DNA of 26,504 bases from Paecilomyces variotii. Taxonomy: Eukaryota. Below the pieces are notes generated by a model. It was not told the origin of the DNA. It did not search any database and was given only the letters and a program-made list of their open reading frames with translations. Where the stretch lies: the NCBI GenBank assembly GCA_004022145.1, contig RCNU01000041.1; one strand, written 5' to 3'. Position numbers and translations under genes: made by a program. Positions 1 through 12,100 of this stretch are shown piece after piece; within the stretch, counting starts at the first letter, position 1; each line of letters begins with the position of its first letter.

Positions 1-1264
1 CGTAAGACTAGGGCTATAGGGGGGATTTAATAAATAATATAATAATAAGAGTAATAGAACTATTTAACTGCCTATAGAATAATTAATAAGAATTTTTAGC
101 CTTAAAGGAGAATAATAATGCCCTACTATAGCAGTTATATATTTCTAATACTTAGCTATATATTTAGCAGCTATATATTCTAAATACCTAGCTATATATC
201 CAGCAGCTATATATCTAACAGCTATATATTTAGTAGCTATATACTTAATAGCCTTATACCTAGCAGCTGTATATCTAGCAGTCTTAGTCTAAGCAGATAA
301 TAGCGCTTTAAATATAAATACAAGAGCTCTAATAGTAGCTAGAAGCCTTAATTTAGTAAGAATAGATATAGACTATAATATAATCTAATAATAATAATAA
401 TAGTTAAAATTTAAAACTTTTTATAATATTAATTAGCAAAAAGCCTAAACTTTAATATCTAAAAATATTTAATAGCTTAGTAGAAAAACTTAAATATTAG
501 ATTATAGAATTTAATAAATAGCTAGAAAATAAGATACTGTATAATACTAGAGAGTAAGCTTCCTATCTTTATTTATATATAAAGAGTAGAATAAAGAGAT
601 ATTTAATAATATTAAAGATTAATAATCTAGAAAATCTAATATTCTAGAATTATATACTATTACGCTATTAGCTATTAGCCTATTAGACTATTATAGACTA
701 GCAAATACTAAGATTATTACTGCTTAAAAAATATTTAACTTTTAATAATATTTTAACTAACTATTATAGGATTTTATTAATAAATTTAAAACTATTATAA
801 TAGATCTAGATTAGAATAATATAGCTCTAAGCGATGCGTTTAGCTATAAGCTTATACTGCATATTATCTATAAGGTTTATTAAAAGTATTTTGCATATTT
901 TCTAGCCTTATATATAGAATAGAAGCGCGCTGCTTAATAGGTAGAGGTCTATATATAAAAAAAAAGACGCCGTATAAAATAGTTATTTTAAGGCTATTAT
1001 AATTACTTTAGGGCAATTAGAGTATTTAATATATAAAGCTAGTTATCTAATAGGGAAATAATAATAAAGATTAAAGGTTAAGAATAAGATTATAAGTAAC
1101 TATTCTAGACATCTTATAAGAATAAGAGATATAACCTATTAGATAAGGAGTAGAAGAGATAATATAATAAGGGCTTCTGTTTAAGATATAGAAAAAAAGG
1201 CTATTAAAAAAAATAATGCTTAAAGGCTTTCTAATTAATAGAGGTTATAGGTATAAAAAACTAA
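1..1264 (+). pseudogene. gag: gag of element A (RIP-degraded, start not defined)
   Basis: CX2CX4HX4C knuckle at 1178-1219 (tgt tta aga tat aga aaa aaa ggc tat taa aaa aaa taa tgc, de-RIPped CLRCGKKGHxKKQC); DPEIFDG-like motif near 455-480; ends aaa aac taa (1262-1264). One frameshift, probably at the A-run 957-965. Confidence 0.85.
129..281 (+). repeat. 15-bp coding minisatellite (YAG CAG CTA TAT AYY), de-RIPped QQPY(T/I) repeats within Gag
   Basis: About 9 units such as cagcagctatatatc, tagtagctatatact and tagcagctgtatatc, two of them preceded by a PNT-like insert; in the gag reading frame. Confidence 0.85.
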
Positions 1265-1298
1265 AAGGGGAACTAACTCTAAAAGCCTATTTCCCTTA
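1255..1298 (+). other. -1 programmed ribosomal frameshift signal (A AAA AAC slippery heptamer plus downstream stem-loop)
   Basis: Gag frame reads ata aaa aac taa. The protease (ALIDSG-like, 1456-1473) is in the -1 frame. aaggggaa (1265-1272) can pair with tttccctt (1290-1298 region). Confidence 0.7.
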
Positions 1299-4200
1299 AA
1301 ATAGACCCGAATAAAATACTAATATAGTTTTATTAAATAACTTAAGTATTATATATATTTAGATATTATTATCTTATATCCCTATATTTAATAGAATTAA
1401 AATATTAGTTTTAATAGTAGTATTATTAGCTATAAAGAATATTATAATATTAATAGCATTAATTAATAGTAGTATAAATATAAACTATATTAATATAGTA
1501 GTAATAGAGTAAATTAAGGGGATTTATCTAACTTTAGGACTAGTATTATTACTAAGCATTTAGGATATTAATAATATATAACTAGCGAAACTAATAAAGC
1601 ACTATTTTATACTATATTATATAGTCTTAGGTAAGAAAATAAAACTTTATATATTTAGAGTATTACTAATAGTATTTAATATAATTCTTAGTTTACTATA
1701 GCTAATAGCCGTAAATCTATTAATTAATTAAAAAGAAAGAAATATATTAAAGCAATTAGCTAAGCGGTAAAAGATCTCTAAAATAAGATATATAATAGAA
1801 ATTAAAAAGAATATAAAAGATAATATTAAAGAAGATTTTATATCTATACCTTAATTAGGCTTACTTATAGCAGCAATAAACAAAAAAAAAAGAAGACTTA
1901 GTTACTATTAAAATACCGCAGGAGTATATAGATCTAATATAAATATTTAATAAAAAGAAAGCTAAATATCTGCCTCTATAAAGACTAGGCATTAACTATA
2001 AGATTAACTTTATTAAAGGAGTAATACTCCTATATAGACTATATTACTATTTATTAGAATATAAATTAGAACTACTTAATAAGTTTCTAAATAAAGGTTT
2101 AGAATAAGGGTATATCTAGCCCTCTAATATACCGTGCGCCTTACTATTATTATTTATACCTAAATAACCTAAAGTTCTATAGTTTTATGCAGATTTTAAG
2201 GTTATTAATAAGAGGATAATTAAGAATAAATACTTAGTTCTGATAATAGATAACCTATTCTTAAGGCTATAAAATATAGTTATTTTTACCTATTTAGACC
2301 TTTGCTTAGTATACTATTTAATCTATATAGCGGAGGAATATAAGTAAAAAACAGCCTTTTATACTAGATATAGTTTATTTAAGTAGCGAGTAATACTATT
2401 TAGTCTCTATAATGCCCTAGTAATATTTTAAGTATTTATAAATATAATACTTAGATAGTATATTAATAAATATTATATAATTTATCTAGATAATATACTT
2501 ATCTTTAGCTATAATAGGAAGCTTTATATCTAGTATATAAGAGTAGTTCTTTAGAGCTTATTAGATAATAGCCTATTTTATAAATTAAAGAAATATAAAT
2601 TCTTTATCTTTAGAGTTATATTCTTAGAGTTTATAATTATATCTTAAGGGGTAGTAATAAATAAATAGCGAATAGATATTATTACCGCCTAGCTTATCCT
2701 AATATTAATAATAAACTTAATCTAGTTTCTTAGTTTCTATAATTTCTATTATTAGTTTATTAGATATTATAGCTAAATTACCCTTTTATTAACTTAACTT
2801 ATAAAATGTAATATATTATTTATATAGAAAGAAGAAGCCTAAATAAGCTTCTAAATACTTAAGAAGTGCTTTATAAAGGCCCTATTATTAAGGTATTTTA
2901 ATCTAAATAAACCGCGCATATTAGAGATAAATGCTAGTAGTTTTACTAGGTTAGCGATATTAAGCTAGCTATTTAAGGATAGAGTATAATATCCTATTAT
3001 ATTCTATAGTATAAAGTTTATAAATATAGAATTATATTAGCTAATATATAAATAAGAATTATTTACTATTATTAATGCTTTTAAAGTTTAGAGATATTTT
3101 TTTATTAAAATAGCTAAACTAGTTAAAATAATTATAGACTATAATAATCTAAAATATTTCTTAATAATATAGATTTTATCTAAGAAATAAGCTAAATAGA
3201 TAGAATATCTCTTATAGTTTTATTTCTGTATTAAATATAGGCCCAGGAAATATAACTTTACTAATAGCCTATTATATTAAGATAATTATAAATCTTAATA
3301 AATACTAAAGAATATATTAGCTTAACTCCTTTAAATTAGAGTAATATAATGTATAGAGAAATATTATTACTTTAAGATATTATTATAAGATCTATTTTCA
3401 GATTAAGATTAAGGACTAAATATTCCTTTATAGGACTAAATTAAGTATAGTTATATAGAAGAGATAAAGTTAATAATATATACTTAGCTAAATATCTATT
3501 AAGATAAGAATAATAGTATTTTTTATTATAATTATACTAAAATATATATTCTTACAGAGAAATTCTAACTAGTTATTCTTTATAAATTCTATAACTTAAG
3601 AGTAAGTAGCTATTAGGGTAAGGAAACTATAATTAAGAGAATTAGAAGATAGATATTTTAGCCTAATTTAGTATCTATAATAGTAGATTATATTTAGAGT
3701 TATCTAGTATACTAAAGAGCTAAACTAGCGTAGATATATTATAGTATTTTAATAGTATTACTAGTGCCTAATAGATTATAAGACTATATAATAGTAAATT
3801 TTATTTTAGGACTTCCCAAGAGTATAAATAATTCTAGGTTAAATTATTTTATAATCTTAGTATTTATTAATTAATTTAGTAAGATAAGCTATTTTATAAT
3901 ATATACTGTAAAAATAGATATAAGAATCTTCGCGCAGCTTTATATTAAGAATATATTTTATCTCTATAGTATATAGAGATCTATTATCTTAAATAAAGGC
4001 TTATTATTTATATTAAGTTTCTGGATAATATTAGCTAAGGCCCTTAATATAAACTACTAACTATTTATAGTATTTTACTCTTAAATAAATAAGGCAATAG
4101 AATATTTAAATTAAATACTAGAATAATATCTAAAGATATTTATAAATTAGCAATAGAATAATTAAGCTTACTTATTAGCAATTATAGAATATACTTATAA

Positions 4201-4830
4201 TAACTCTTATTAGGCGGTAATAGAAATATCCCTATTCTTTATCTGCTATAGCCGGCACTTAAAACTACTAAGTTTAACTAAGGTCCCTATTAATAGAGAT
4301 ACTAATATAATATAATTTATATAAGATATTTAGAAGCTATATAGAGAATTTATTAAATACTTTTTATTACTTCAAGATTAAATACTAGAGAAGTCTCTAG
4401 ATAAATTAATAAATTTTAAAATCGGCAATAAAATCCTCTTTAATACTAAATACCTGCATATAAATAGACTTAATAAAAAGCTTAATAATAAACATTAGGG
4501 TCTATTTAAGGTCTTAGCTAAAGTCGGCCCCTAAGCTTACTGCCTAAAACTACTTCTTTTATATTAGATATATTTAGTTTTCTATATATCTTTACTATCC
4601 CTATAGAAATAAAACAAATTATATATAGATCTAAAGCCTAAACCGCTAGTTTAAGTCTTAAATAATATAAGACAGTATAATAAATAAGAAGTTAAAGAGA
4701 TATTTAATATTAAGGGCCGTAATAAAATATTAAAATACCTTATTAAATAGTATAGTTATAGACATTAAAAGAATATATAAAAGCCTTCTAAATATATTAA
4801 AAATATATCTAAAGCAGTATAATAATATTA
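1261..4830 (+). pseudogene. pol: pol of element A: aspartic protease, RT, RNase H, integrase, chromodomain
   Basis: De-RIPped motifs: ALIDSGA 1456; [24 protein letters not shown] 2348-2419; YLDD read as YLDN at 2483-2494; ETDASGF 2924; HHCC ~3590-3712; ISDRG 3986; HPQTDGxTE 4076; GPF 4499; chromodomain EWEVKEI..YLVKWYGY..NTWEP 4682-4790. Many TAA/TAG stops. Confidence 0.95.
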
Positions 4831-6560
4831 GATATTAATAGGAAAGCTAGCCTATATATTAGAGGCAGTATAATATTTTTATACTAAATATCTCTTTATA
4901 CTAAGTCTAATATTAGATAGTTAAAAATAAAGGCTAAATAATAAAAATTACTATTTAAGGCTAGAGCTAAATAAAGAAATCTATTATTTAGAGCTTTATA
5001 TTATATATACTAAAACTTAATAAGCTAAGCAGTTCTTCTGCTATTTAGAGTAAAGCATTAAATAAGATAAGACTATATATTAATAATATAAATATAGATA
5101 AGCTAATTAGGCTATTTTATTTTATTTCCCTAAGTTAATAGATAAGCCGAGTTGGCTATTTAAATCTATATTAAGGAATTATTTATAAACTAATAAGTAA
5201 GGTCTAAGGAATAATCTAGAGTAAATATTAATTACCCTTACTAGTTATTAGTAACAGAATAGTATAAAAGTTAGAAGTCTTATATTAACTATAACTTAGA
5301 ATAGACTATTATATTTAAATAACTAAGAACCTAACTAGTTAGCATTTAAACAACCTATTAGATAACTAAGAGTACTCTTAAATAATTAAATATCCGAAGC
5401 CTTTTTAGCTTTAAGCTTATATATTATTAAGATATATATATTACTTAATATAGATATTAAATATATATTAAATAAATTAATAATAGATATAGATAATATT
5501 ATTAAATTAAAAAATAATAACTCTCTAGTAGAAGAGAGAATATTATTTAATCTATTTTTTAAGTTCTCTTAAGAGATGCAGAAGGCTGCTAAATATATAA
5601 TTAAAGAGCTATTAGATAATATTACTATTCTAAAGGAATTATTAAGAAAATATATATTACTTATAGCTTCTTATATATATACTAATAAATAATAGGGTTT
5701 AAAATAAATTACTAAGAATATTATATAAAAAGAACTGCCGTTACTCCTTAATAGAGAATAAATACCTCTTATATATCTAATATAATTATTACTATTAAAA
5801 AAATTAGAGTCCTATTATTAGATAAGGGTAAAGCATATTCTAAAGAACTGCCCTATTAGTATTAAGCGCCTTGAAGTATAATAAAAGAGGAGGGACCTAG
5901 CGATTTAAAGAGGTAACTTAATGCCCCCCTAAACTAAGAATATTAGCGCATAAGAAGATAAGTAGTAATATCTACCTCTAAGTTATAAGAAGAGCCCCTA
6001 AGCTCTATATACACTAATTTATAAATAAATAGGGATAAATTATCCCGCTAGCAAATATTATAAAAAAGGAGAATATTACTAATATTATAATTAAATTAAT
6101 ATTTATAAATAATAATAAGGAGCTATATTATATTATAGCATATAATTTAAAATAATAAGTTTTTATAATTAAAACTAGACTATACTTAAAAGCAGAAGAG
6201 GATAACCTTAGCCTAGATATAAGCAGATTGCTTTTTATAATTCTAAATATTAAGATATTAAATATGCTAAACTTCGCATAAGCAATTTTAAGGAGGCTAA
6301 ATATTTAGTCTATAAATCTTAAACCTCATAATAATTTATATAATAAACCGGATAATATAATAACTATAATTAATCTAAAGTATAATCTATATAATAAGTA
6401 TAATTAGGACCGTTTTAAAGCCTAAGATAACTATAAATAAGATTATTTTAATAAGTATAGTTCTAAAACCTAGGACTTAAGCTAAACTACTCTTTAAGGG
6501 TTAGAAGTCTAACTAGGGAGTAGTAAATAAGTAAATAAGAAATAGATAGATAGTAATATA
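4831..6560 (+). pseudogene. Unknown ORF or C-terminal Pol extension downstream of the chromodomain in element A
   Basis: The pol frame keeps reading as protein-like sequence (e.g. EMQKAAK at ~5573, KGKAYSKELP ~5825, EEGPSDLKR ~5887) to ~6060, then shifts frame into an acidic stretch. Stops are RIP-type. No family recognised. Confidence 0.5.
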
Positions 6561-6960
6561 ATTATATTATAAATTACTAATTAGAGATTAAAAGTTTAAC
6601 TAGAGAGTAAAAAATAAATTAGTAAAGAATAAATAGACAGTAATATAACTATAATATAGCTTACTAATCCTTTATTAAAGCTTTTAGTAAATATATAATC
6701 TAAGATTAAAAAAAAATTTAGTTAAGATAAAAGTAAAATTAGCTAAGATAATTAATCTTATATTAAATAATAATATTAGTAATTATAAGATTAAAAGATA
6801 CTATATAGCGCTTAATCTAATAATTATTATTAATAAGCCCTAATATAAAATAATTAAGTTAGAAGGTATTAGTTATAATAATACTTATTATATCTTATAA
6901 AGTATATTATATTAATATTATATACTATTTTCTTTTTTTTAAGTGTATTAATAATAGTAA

Positions 6961-7120
6961 TTCCTTATTTATTCTTTAAGATTTAATAGACTTTATCTTA
7001 AGCTTATTAATTTTATTAATATTATTAATTATATTCTTCTTTATTTATTTTTAAGGTCTAATAAACCTTATCTTAATCTTATTAATTAGCTTATTTTATT
7101 AACTAATTAATTATATTCTT
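6961..7120. repeat. Degenerate ~75-80-bp tandem duplication in the 3' region of element A
   Basis: ttccttatttattctttaagatttaatagactttatcttaagcttattaat (6961) vs ttctttatttatttttaaggtctaataaaccttatcttaatcttattaat (~7037); both followed by ...ttaattatattctt. Confidence 0.7.
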
Positions 7121-7332
7121 ATGAGGTTAGCCTTTCTTATTATTATTTATTTCTGCTTACTTTAACTATAATAATTTATAAGATATTATAGTATAGTATA
7201 ATATTTCCTAATTTTTAATACTTTGCGATAAGCTATAATATACTATAATATTTAACAGTAAACCACAGTATTTAATAGTATATTATAGTTTTAGCTTTAA
7301 CTTCTAAGACTCTACGCGGACTTAAGTCCTTT

Positions 7333-7347
7333 AGGAGGAGGGGCGAA
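7333..7347 (+). other. Polypurine tract of element A
   Basis: aggaggaggggcgaa directly before tattata (RIPped TGT...). Confidence 0.8.
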
Positions 7348-7485
7348 TATTATAGATAATAACCCCTAGGTCTTAAGGGTTATATAACCTGCCGGTTATA
7401 TAATACCCAATATACTTAAATATCTCTAATCTTCAGATCTCTTCTAATTCTCAATAAGAAAACCTTCGATTACCGCATTACTAAT
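7348..7485 (+). repeat. 3' LTR of element A (end uncertain; could extend to ~7586)
   Basis: Follows the PPT, begins tatta (=TGTYA), contains palindromic motifs; GC content falls abruptly after ~7485. Confidence 0.6.
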
Positions 7486-7590
7486 AGATTTATTAAACTA
7501 CTTCTAAAAATAAGCTTTATTAAATTTATTAAGTAACTAAGATTTATTAAGATAATAAGTTTAAACTAAAGAAAAGTATTATAATATAGC

Positions 7591-7878
7591 AGTTAAGACT
7601 AATAGCTTATAGAGAGAATATATAAGGAATTCCTTTATAAAGGAATTTAAGATAATTATATATATAGTTATAGAGAATAGTTAGCCTAGTAAAAGAGTTT
7701 TTATACTAAGTATATTAGCTTAGGAGAAGAACTTAATTAAAAAAAAATATAACTAACTAATTATAATATAAGAATATATTAATATTAGTTCTATTTCTTA
7801 TATTTTATTTTTATTTTAAGTTATACTTTTCTTTAAAGCTAGTATAAAAAGTTATTTTATTATTTATTCTTTTTAACT
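7591..7878 (+). repeat. Copia-family LTR (solo or truncated), inverted relative to the LTR at 12966-13249; 5' boundary approximate
   Basis: 7657-7878 aligns with the reverse complement of 12966-13183 (tatatatagttatagagaatag...ctttaaagctagtataaa...tttttaact). Sequences upstream of the TA run differ. Confidence 0.75.
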
Positions 7879-8960
7879 AATATATAGATATTATTATTTA
7901 TTATACTTATTAACTAAGTATAAAAGATTATTCTTTATCTTATATAGTAATATTATCTTTAATTTACTCTATAGGTTATTTATAATTTTATTCTATTTAA
8001 AGTTTATTTAATAACTTTTTATTAATTTCTCCTTAAATTTAAAGCTTATTTTAATTAAGAAAATATAATAAATATTTATCTTATTATTAATATCTATAAT
8101 AAAAATATTTATATCTTTAATATATTTTAATAAAAAAGTATATAGCTTTATTATAGCTAATAATAAATATAATAATATATTTAATATTATATTAGTTTTA
8201 CTAGGCTTATAAATAAGGTTTAAATTAAATTATTAAATATATTATATTATAAAGATTAAGTATAAGTTAATTTACTTTATTAAACTAGATTTTAATATAA
8301 TTTACTTAGCTATTATTAAGATAATACTATAATTTATAAATATTATAATAGTTAACTTTAATACTTTAATAAAATAGTATATTTTCTTAAATATTTATAT
8401 TAAATATATAATTTCTAATTTTATTAGCTAGTATTTTATTTTTACTAAGTTTAATTATCTTAATAGGAATAAAATTAGCTATATCTTTAACTTATTTAAT
8501 ATTACCTTAGCTAGTAGGCTAACTATTAAAAGATAATATTTATCTATTAATACCTTATTATATAAATAGTATATTATTATATTAAGACTATATCTTAATA
8601 TATTTACCCTAGAGCTATTTACTATATTAAGGTTAATATAAAGTAATTTATCTAATAAAAAATAAGCTAGAAAGAATAAGTCCTAGAAATATTATTTAAT
8701 TTCTTAAAATAACTATAGCTTTTATTTAATTAAAATATTTACTTAAATTTTAATTATAAATTTTTAATATAGCTTATTTTTAATAAGATTAAAGTATAAT
8801 AATAATATCTTATAATCTTATAAAGAATCTATAATAATTATATATTTTAAAATATATTAGTAGAACTATTCTATAAAGATAAGAAAATGTTTAAAGTCTC
8901 TTAAAATAATAGAGAAAAGTAAGTTTATTATAGCCTTTATCTTCTTCTTTAAATTAGCTA
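7879..8960 (-). pseudogene. pol: Internal fragment of a different Ty3/Gypsy pol (RT thumb/connection, RNase H, pre-integrase)
   Basis: One continuous minus frame, de-RIPped: EEKIKAV..FPxTLRDLEHFL..WFRQYVPKYA; PLYIDLDA; QPILFLSRxLNSAETKYWPTELEIA; VFTDHSAI; HKPGKTNVVPDALSRL; ends at RRLCI at 7879. Confidence 0.85.
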
Positions 8961-9187
8961 TATTAAAGATATTAATCTAATAATTTAATAATATTACTTT
9001 AATAAAATTAAGCAGCTTAAAGAAATTATTTCTTAAGCTCTATTTAAAATCTATTACCTTAACTAAAAATATATATATATACCTTATATCTACTATATAT
9101 GCTAATACTCTTTCTCTTTAAGTATTATTAGCCCTTTAAGTTAATTAAATAGTCTAGGGAATTTTATCTAAACTTATTCTTTTTAAA
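8961..9187 (+). repeat. Probable solo LTR (Copia-like) joining the Gypsy fragment to the Copia RT
   Basis: Non-coding in both flanking frames; starts tattaaag (=TGTTG..); shares taatttaataatatta with U3 of the Copia LTR; TA run at ~9069-9081; ends ttattctttttaa like the LTR ending at 7878. Confidence 0.5.
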
Positions 9188-12100
9188 TATATATATTAAG
9201 ATTAAAATCTTTTTTTTAAATATTATAGTAAGTATAAGTCTATATTTATTTAAATAAATCTTATTTTTTATAATATTTTAATATAAGAGTAATTTTAATC
9301 TTATACTACTTACTTTAAATTATATAAAGATTTTAAGATTTTAAATACTATTTTTAGTAAAATATTTATTTTAAATAAAGCTATTATATAAATCTTCTTC
9401 TTTAATATTAACTTAATAAAGATATTATTAATATTTATTATATAGTACTTATAGTTATCTATAGTTATTATAGCTAAAAAAAACCTATAATATATTATAA
9501 TATAAGATTAAAGTAAAAATATATTTAAAATTAATTTTATACTTCTAGATAAATTTATAAATAATAAGATAGGCCTTAAGCTTTTATAGAGAATTATTTA
9601 AATTATATTTTATAGCTAGTATTTATTTACTAGTTATAATATTAGCTCTCTTTAATAAAATAATTATCTTAAAAATTTTATTTATTTATAATATATTTAT
9701 CTTAGCTTTAAAAGCCTTTTACTATAATTTATTTTATATAAAATTATTAACTGCAGCTATATAAAAATTAAAAATTAAAATATATTTTTTAGTTATAAAA
9801 GCTATTTTTAATATATAATCTATATACTTCTTTTTATTTAAAATAATCTCTAGAATAATAAGATTTAAAATAAGTATTACTTTATAAAGCTTTATATTTT
9901 ATTTATTCTCTATAAGCTTATATATTTCCCTTTTTTATTTTATTATTATAGGGATTTTAATATAAGATAAAGTTTAAATTTATATAAATAATATAGTCTT
10001 TTATAAATAATTTAAAATAAGTATATTCTTATAATTATTTCTTAAGATTATCTTAAGAAAGTCTTTTATAGCCTTTATTTTCTAATCCTTTAATATTTAA
10101 TTATTAATATTCTTAGAGAAGTTTTTTATATTTTTTTTCTTTTAGTCTTAAAAGAGTTTAAGAGATATAAATATATAAAATCTTCGCCTTTTATTATTTA
10201 GTGCCTAATTATTAATATTAGTATTTTATAATTTTAATTTATTAAGTAATTTTATAGATTTAAACTTATAAAATCTTAGCTAATTAAATTACTAAGCTAA
10301 TAATATATTAATTTATATAGTTAATTATCTTTTTAAGTTCTTTATTAAAGCTATATTTAATATAATCTTTTATAAAATATAAAGATTAATATCTTCTTAT
10401 TTATTTTTAAAGAACTTAGCTTAATAAATCTTAATAATCTTTCTTATATTAAGTACTTAAACTTTTTATTATTTATTTATATCTTTAATATATTTAATAA
10501 AAATATATAAATATTTATAATTTATTAATTTATCTCTTTATATTTCTAGTAGTAATAAATTAAAGTTTATATATAATATTACTTAATATCTTTATACTCT
10601 TAAGTAATTAATAAATAATTTTACCCTAGTAAATACTTTTTTAGAAGTTATCTATATTTTATTAATTATTAATCTATAAAAGATTAATATCTTTAAATAT
10701 AATATAAGTTTCTCTTTTAATAGTTTAATATACTCTTTTAATTATTTTATTTTAAGTTAATATATATAGAACTATTAATTTATAATAAATACTAAAATCT
10801 TTTCTTTATATTTTAAAAATATTCTTAAGTTCTAGTATATTATTTAATTAAATACTAAGTATTTTAAAATCTATAGTAATTTTAATTTCTCTTTTCTATT
10901 TATTTAAAATAAGGCTAGTATTAAATTTTATTCTTATTAAAAATATCTATATTTTTTATAAATAATTATTTATAATAATTAGGAAATAAATATATTTATC
11001 CTTTAACTCTAGTATTTAACTATATATATTTATATAAATTAGTTCTAGGATACTTTCCTTTTACTTACTTATTATATTTTTCTTATTTTTAATATTAATT
11101 ATAATATAAGTTATATATTAATAATTACTAATAACTTTAATTAATTTTTTTAATATTATTATTTTATATAGGCTTTTAATTTTTTTAAGCTTAAGGTAAT
11201 TAATTTAATTATATTAAAGCTAATATTATTTTTAAATTTAATCTCTTATAATTCTCTTATAAAAAAATTTATTAAAATATCTTAACTTATAATTATTATT
11301 AGTAATTCTAGAAAAAGTTTTCTTAAGATTATTTTAAGAAATAACTATAGTATAATAGGCTTAATCTTTTTTAAATATAAATTAGCTATATATAATAATA
11401 TATAGCTTTAATATTAAGTTTAAAAAGATCTTTTTTATAATATAAACTTTATATTTAAATATATCTTAAATTATAATATTATTAAATTTATTTAATATAA
11501 ATATTAAATTAATATTAAAATAATTATATAAGTTAAATTACTAGTAAAGTTTCTTAATTAATAATAGATTTACTTTAAGCTTTAAAATAAGTAATATATT
11601 CTCTAAATATATAACTTTTTTATTTTATTTATTTAATATAGTAATATTTATATATTTTATATATAAAATTCCTTCTCCTATTTAAATATATCTCCTTTTA
11701 ATCTTTATTAATAATTCTTTAAAGTAATAAGTCTTATTAATTATATATAAACTAGTATTATTATTAATATACTCTTAAAATAAATTTTTATTAATTATAT
11801 TCTTTAATAAGTAAGTAATTTTATAAAAGACTTAATTATTTAATATAATTAAATTAGGCTTTAAATATAATAATTTAATATTAGAGGTTTCTTTTATTTT
11901 ATAGGCCTTTTATTTTCTTTTTTAAGATCTTTCCTTTTTTAAAAATTATACTTCTTAGAATAATTTAGCTATTATTTTTATTAGTTTTTAGTCTATAGAT
12001 AAAGATAAGCCTTTTAAAGATTCTTTTCTCTATTTTTAAGTATTTTAAGTAATTTATTAAGCTATAGATAGTTATAAATAATCTTTAATAAAATAATTTT

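Larger units (their letters stand above)
1..7485 (+). mobile_element. Ty3/Gypsy LTR retrotransposon (chromovirus), element A, RIP-inactivated; 5' LTR lies outside the window
   Basis: Domain order gag(CCHC)-PR-RT-RNaseH-IN-chromodomain, then PPT (7333-7347) and LTR start at 7348. The 3' end of the LTR is approximate because no second LTR is available for comparison. Confidence 0.93.

Noticed and set aside
129-281. CRISPR-like array
   Set aside because: 15-bp tandem units without unique spacers, in frame within gag.
7118-7160. Minus-strand intron-like signal (GTAAGC..GCTAAC..AAG) in the 3' region of element A
   Set aside because: Only 43 nt with a weak acceptor, and no convincing flanking ORF was found.
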